Below are positions 60,137 to 64,000 of a stretch of DNA of 64,000 nucleotides, piece after piece. Source of the stretch: Eledone cirrhosa (Eukaryota). The notes below the pieces were generated by a model that saw nothing but the letters and a program-made list of their open reading frames with translations, had not been told where the DNA came from and searched no databases. The translations under genes were made by a program, and so were the position numbers. Where the stretch lies: the NCBI GenBank assembly GCA_964016885.1, contig OZ024765.1, forward strand, positions 20,584,001-20,648,000. Direction: 5' to 3'. How positions within the stretch are numbered: the first letter of the stretch is position 1; every line of letters begins with the position of its first letter.

Positions 60137-60454
60137 CATACATGTATTTATATATGTATATATAACGGTGAACTAAGCAGTCGAAATATACTAGAATTAT
60201 ATTGGGGACGCCTGTTGAAACGGCCGGAGCTCAGCCGTCGGGGTCCTGACTATTTTCCTATTACCCACTCTACTACTCCAAGTATTGAGTACTCTGCTGT
60301 GTTATGGTCCACCTGGTTCCTTACCAAACTTTCTTTGTTTATAAATATATACATACATTCATATAAATATATACACACACAAACATATATATATATATAT
60401 ACACACACACATACATAAGCAGGGAAAAGCGGATGTAAAATGATGATGATATAT

Positions 60455-60482
60455 GTGTGTATATATATATACACACACAAAC

Positions 60483-60523
<41 letters not shown>

Positions 60524-60974
60524 TACACGCACACAAACATATATATATATACACACACACACAAACATATATATATATATACACACACACAAACATATAT
60601 ATATATATACACACACACAAACATATATATATATATACACACACACAAACATATATATATATACACACACACAAACATATATATATATACACACACATAT
60701 ATATATATATACACACACACACATATATATATATACACACACACACATATATATATACACACACAAACATATATATATATACACACAAACATATATATAT
60801 ATACACACAAACATATATATATATATATATATACACACAAACATATATATATATATATATACACACACATATATATATATATATACACACACACAAACAT
60901 ATATATATACACACACACAAACATATATATATACACACACACAAACATATATATATATACACACACACACAGAC

Positions 60975-61005
<31 letters not shown>

Positions 61006-61052
61006 TATATATATAAACACACAAACATATATATATATATACACACACAAAC

Positions 61053-61083
<31 letters not shown>

Positions 61084-61265
61084 AACATATATATATATAT
61101 ACACACAAACATATATATATATACACACACACACAGACATATATATATATATACACACACACATATATATATACACACACACACATATATATATACACAC
61201 ACAAACATATATATATACACACAAACATATATATACACACACACACAAACATATATATATATATA
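60455..61265. repeat. (TA)n(CA)nAA compound microsatellite
   Basis: Direct reading. Confidence 0.95.
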
Positions 61266-61714
61266 TTTATTAAAATAACAGATTAAAGTTTAAGCAAAGA
61301 ATCGCTGCTTTCACCCTTAACGGGATCTTCTGAAACTAACAAAGTCAATCTGTAAACGCAGAAGTGGATATTTAAAAAAAACGTTTATTTTAATAAATAT
61401 TTGCTCTACGGTTCTTATATATTTGATATATATTTATCCTTATCGAGCCCTCTTTGGATTTTAGTCTTCAAATTTATTATTATTACTATATATATATATA
61501 TATATATATATAGTTATATATATATATATACATGTATATATATATATATATATATTGTTATACTTGGGGAGGGTCATATTTGAGTAATATTGCCAGAATT
61601 AATAACAGAACACACTGTTTCGACACGCGATTTCATATAAAAAAAAACTCGCAAAACTATATATATATATATATATATATATAGATATATATATATATAT
61701 ATATATAGTGATGT

Positions 61715-61823
61715 ATATATATATATATATACATCGTTATATATATATATATATATATATACATCGTTATATATATATATATACATATATATATACATCG
61801 TTATATATATATATATACATCGT

Positions 61824-61855
<32 letters not shown>

Positions 61856-61992
61856 GTTATATATATATATATATACATCGTTATATATATATATATATAT
61901 ACATCGTTATATATATATATATATATATATACATCGTTATATATATATATATATATACATCGTTATATATATATATATATATATATACATCG

Positions 61993-62043
<51 letters not shown>

Positions 62044-62106
62044 GTTATATATATATATATATATATATATACATCGTTATATATATATATATATATATAT
62101 ACATCG

Positions 62107-62139
<33 letters not shown>

Positions 62140-62290
62140 GCTATATATATATATATACATCGCTATATATATATATATATATATACATCGCTATATATAT
62201 ATATATATATATATACATCGCTATATATATATATATATATATACATCGCTATATATATATATATATATAGCGATGTATATATATATATCG

Positions 62291-62323
<33 letters not shown>

Positions 62324-62460
62324 GCTATATATATATATATACATCGCTATATATATATATATATACATCGCTATATATATATATATATACATCGCTATAT
62401 ATATATATATATATATATATATAGCGATGTATATATATATATATATAGCGATGTATATAC
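61715..62460. repeat. (TA)nCATCG(T/C) compound satellite
   Basis: Direct reading. Confidence 0.95.
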
Positions 62461-62541
62461 ACACAGTTTGTGTGTTTATACATCGATAGAAATAAACACA
62501 CTGTATATATATAAACACAAAACACATGCAATGATATATAA

Positions 62542-62584
<43 letters not shown>

Positions 62585-62991
62585 TATTTAAAGTGAGATG
62601 TTGTGGTGTTCATACCTTAGCTGAGGTGTAGCAACGTCCAGGAGACGGCGTTTCTTGATTACAGAAAGTCCAACAAGAGTTATCGGACCTGACAACCAAT
62701 TGAATTGTGGGTAATGTTTTTTTTGTTTTTGCTTTTCTTATCCATTCAATCTGGGACTTATTTTATCAATCTCTGTTTGTCGAACTGCTACGATACCGGA
62801 CATAATCATTCGCTTGCATTCTATCATACACACAGACATACATATATATGTGTGTGTGCTTTACTAATGATTTCTCCTGGATGAAACAGTTCTAGTCCCG
62901 TAGAAGCCATTTCTATATTAAATATATATACTCTGCTATGTATTGAGTACCTTACTGTGGTTACCCACCCCCCGATTGAACACGGGATAAA

Positions 62992-63054
<63 letters not shown>

Positions 63055-63070
63055 GCTGAGGTTGTCAGCA

Positions 63071-63376
63071 GATACTACAGACATGTGGTTAGAATGTCTC
63101 AGGAAAGAATCTCTGAATTGAGAGATCACAGCTCTGATACTACAGACATGTGGTTAGAATGTCTGAGGAAAGAATCTCTGAATTGAGAGACCACAGCTCT
63201 GATACTACAGACATGTGGTTAGAATGTCTCAAGTAAGAATCTCTGAATTGAGAGACCACAGCTCTGATATTACAGACATGTGGTTAGAATGTCTGAGGAA
63301 AGAATCTCTGAATTGAGAGATCACAGCTCTGATACTACAGACATGTGGTTAGAATGTCTGAGGAAAGAATCTCTGG
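63071..63376. repeat. 65-bp tandem repeat, ~4.7 copies
   Basis: Unit starts at 63071, 63136, 63201, 63266, 63331. Confidence 0.93.
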
Positions 63377-63715
63377 ACAGATTTTATGGGCAGAACCAAC
63401 CAGCAGGAGATCCAAGGGTAGACCCTGAGCAAGATGGATAACATCCATGAGCTTGGTCTCACTTAGGGATCCAGCTGGGTCAATTAGAGAGGGTTACTTC
63501 TGACAGGACGTGCTGGAAGGAGTGTTTGTGCAGAAAACAAAATTCCAATTTGTTTTTTTAAATATAAAAGAATTTTAATTAATGAAAAAAACAAGTATAA
63601 CACAGGGACACAGAAATATTTAATTAAATTTTATATTTTTATTAAATCTAAACAAAACAACAACAGCAGCAACAACAACAACAACAACAGTTGCTGTGAG
63701 ATGTTAAACTAAAGA

Positions 63716-63925
63716 ATTGTTTCTACTTCAGACAAGGCCAGCAATTTTGAAGAGAAGTAGGAGGAGGAGAGAGTCAATTAAATCGACCTCAGTACATTAC
63801 TGGTACTTTATTTTATCAACTCCTGTAAAGATGAAAGGTAAAGCTACCCTCAGCGGGATTTGAACTCAGAACGTAAAGGGATGTAACTATGCTGTAAAGC
63901 ATGGTGTCAGACGCTCTACCGATTA
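63716..63925 (-). mobile_element. SINE family A (diverged)
   Basis: Similar to 52678-52866. Confidence 0.75.
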
Positions 63926-64000
63926 CTGCAGAACTACGGCCTTGTTAAATCTAACAACACAACAACAATAGTCAGTTGTTGTTGTTGTTGTCAATCTAAA

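Overview
Eukaryotic, AT-rich, microsatellite-saturated DNA. It looks like a cephalopod (octopus) genome; this is inferred from the C2H2 finger style, the SINE/RTE families and the (TA)n load. Two host genes are visible: a two-coding-exon unorthodox aquaporin (AQP11/12-like, + strand, 31093-31732 joined to 34650-34939, 309 aa) and an 11-finger C2H2 gene (- strand, 56949-57953). The rest is mostly mobile DNA: RTE-type LINE fragments with a PHD finger inside the RT region, two tRNA-derived SINE families, Penelope-like element (PLE) pieces (a GIY-YIG palindrome and a Naiad-like RT), an R4/Dong-like endonuclease, a CR1-like tail, a mariner 5' half, a Helitron 5' part, and mini/microsatellites. The main signal the ORF track does not explain is about 20 near-complete type I hammerhead ribozyme (HHR) motifs of about 11 sequence types. 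They lie in short non-coding elements, most embedded in (TA)n, often arranged as head-to-head inverted repeats or with terminal direct repeats, which suggests a diverse non-autonomous PLE/retrozyme-like population. All RNA folds were read by eye and ribozyme activity is untested. The many YI/IY, ER/RE, poly-L and poly-N ORFs are repeat artefacts.
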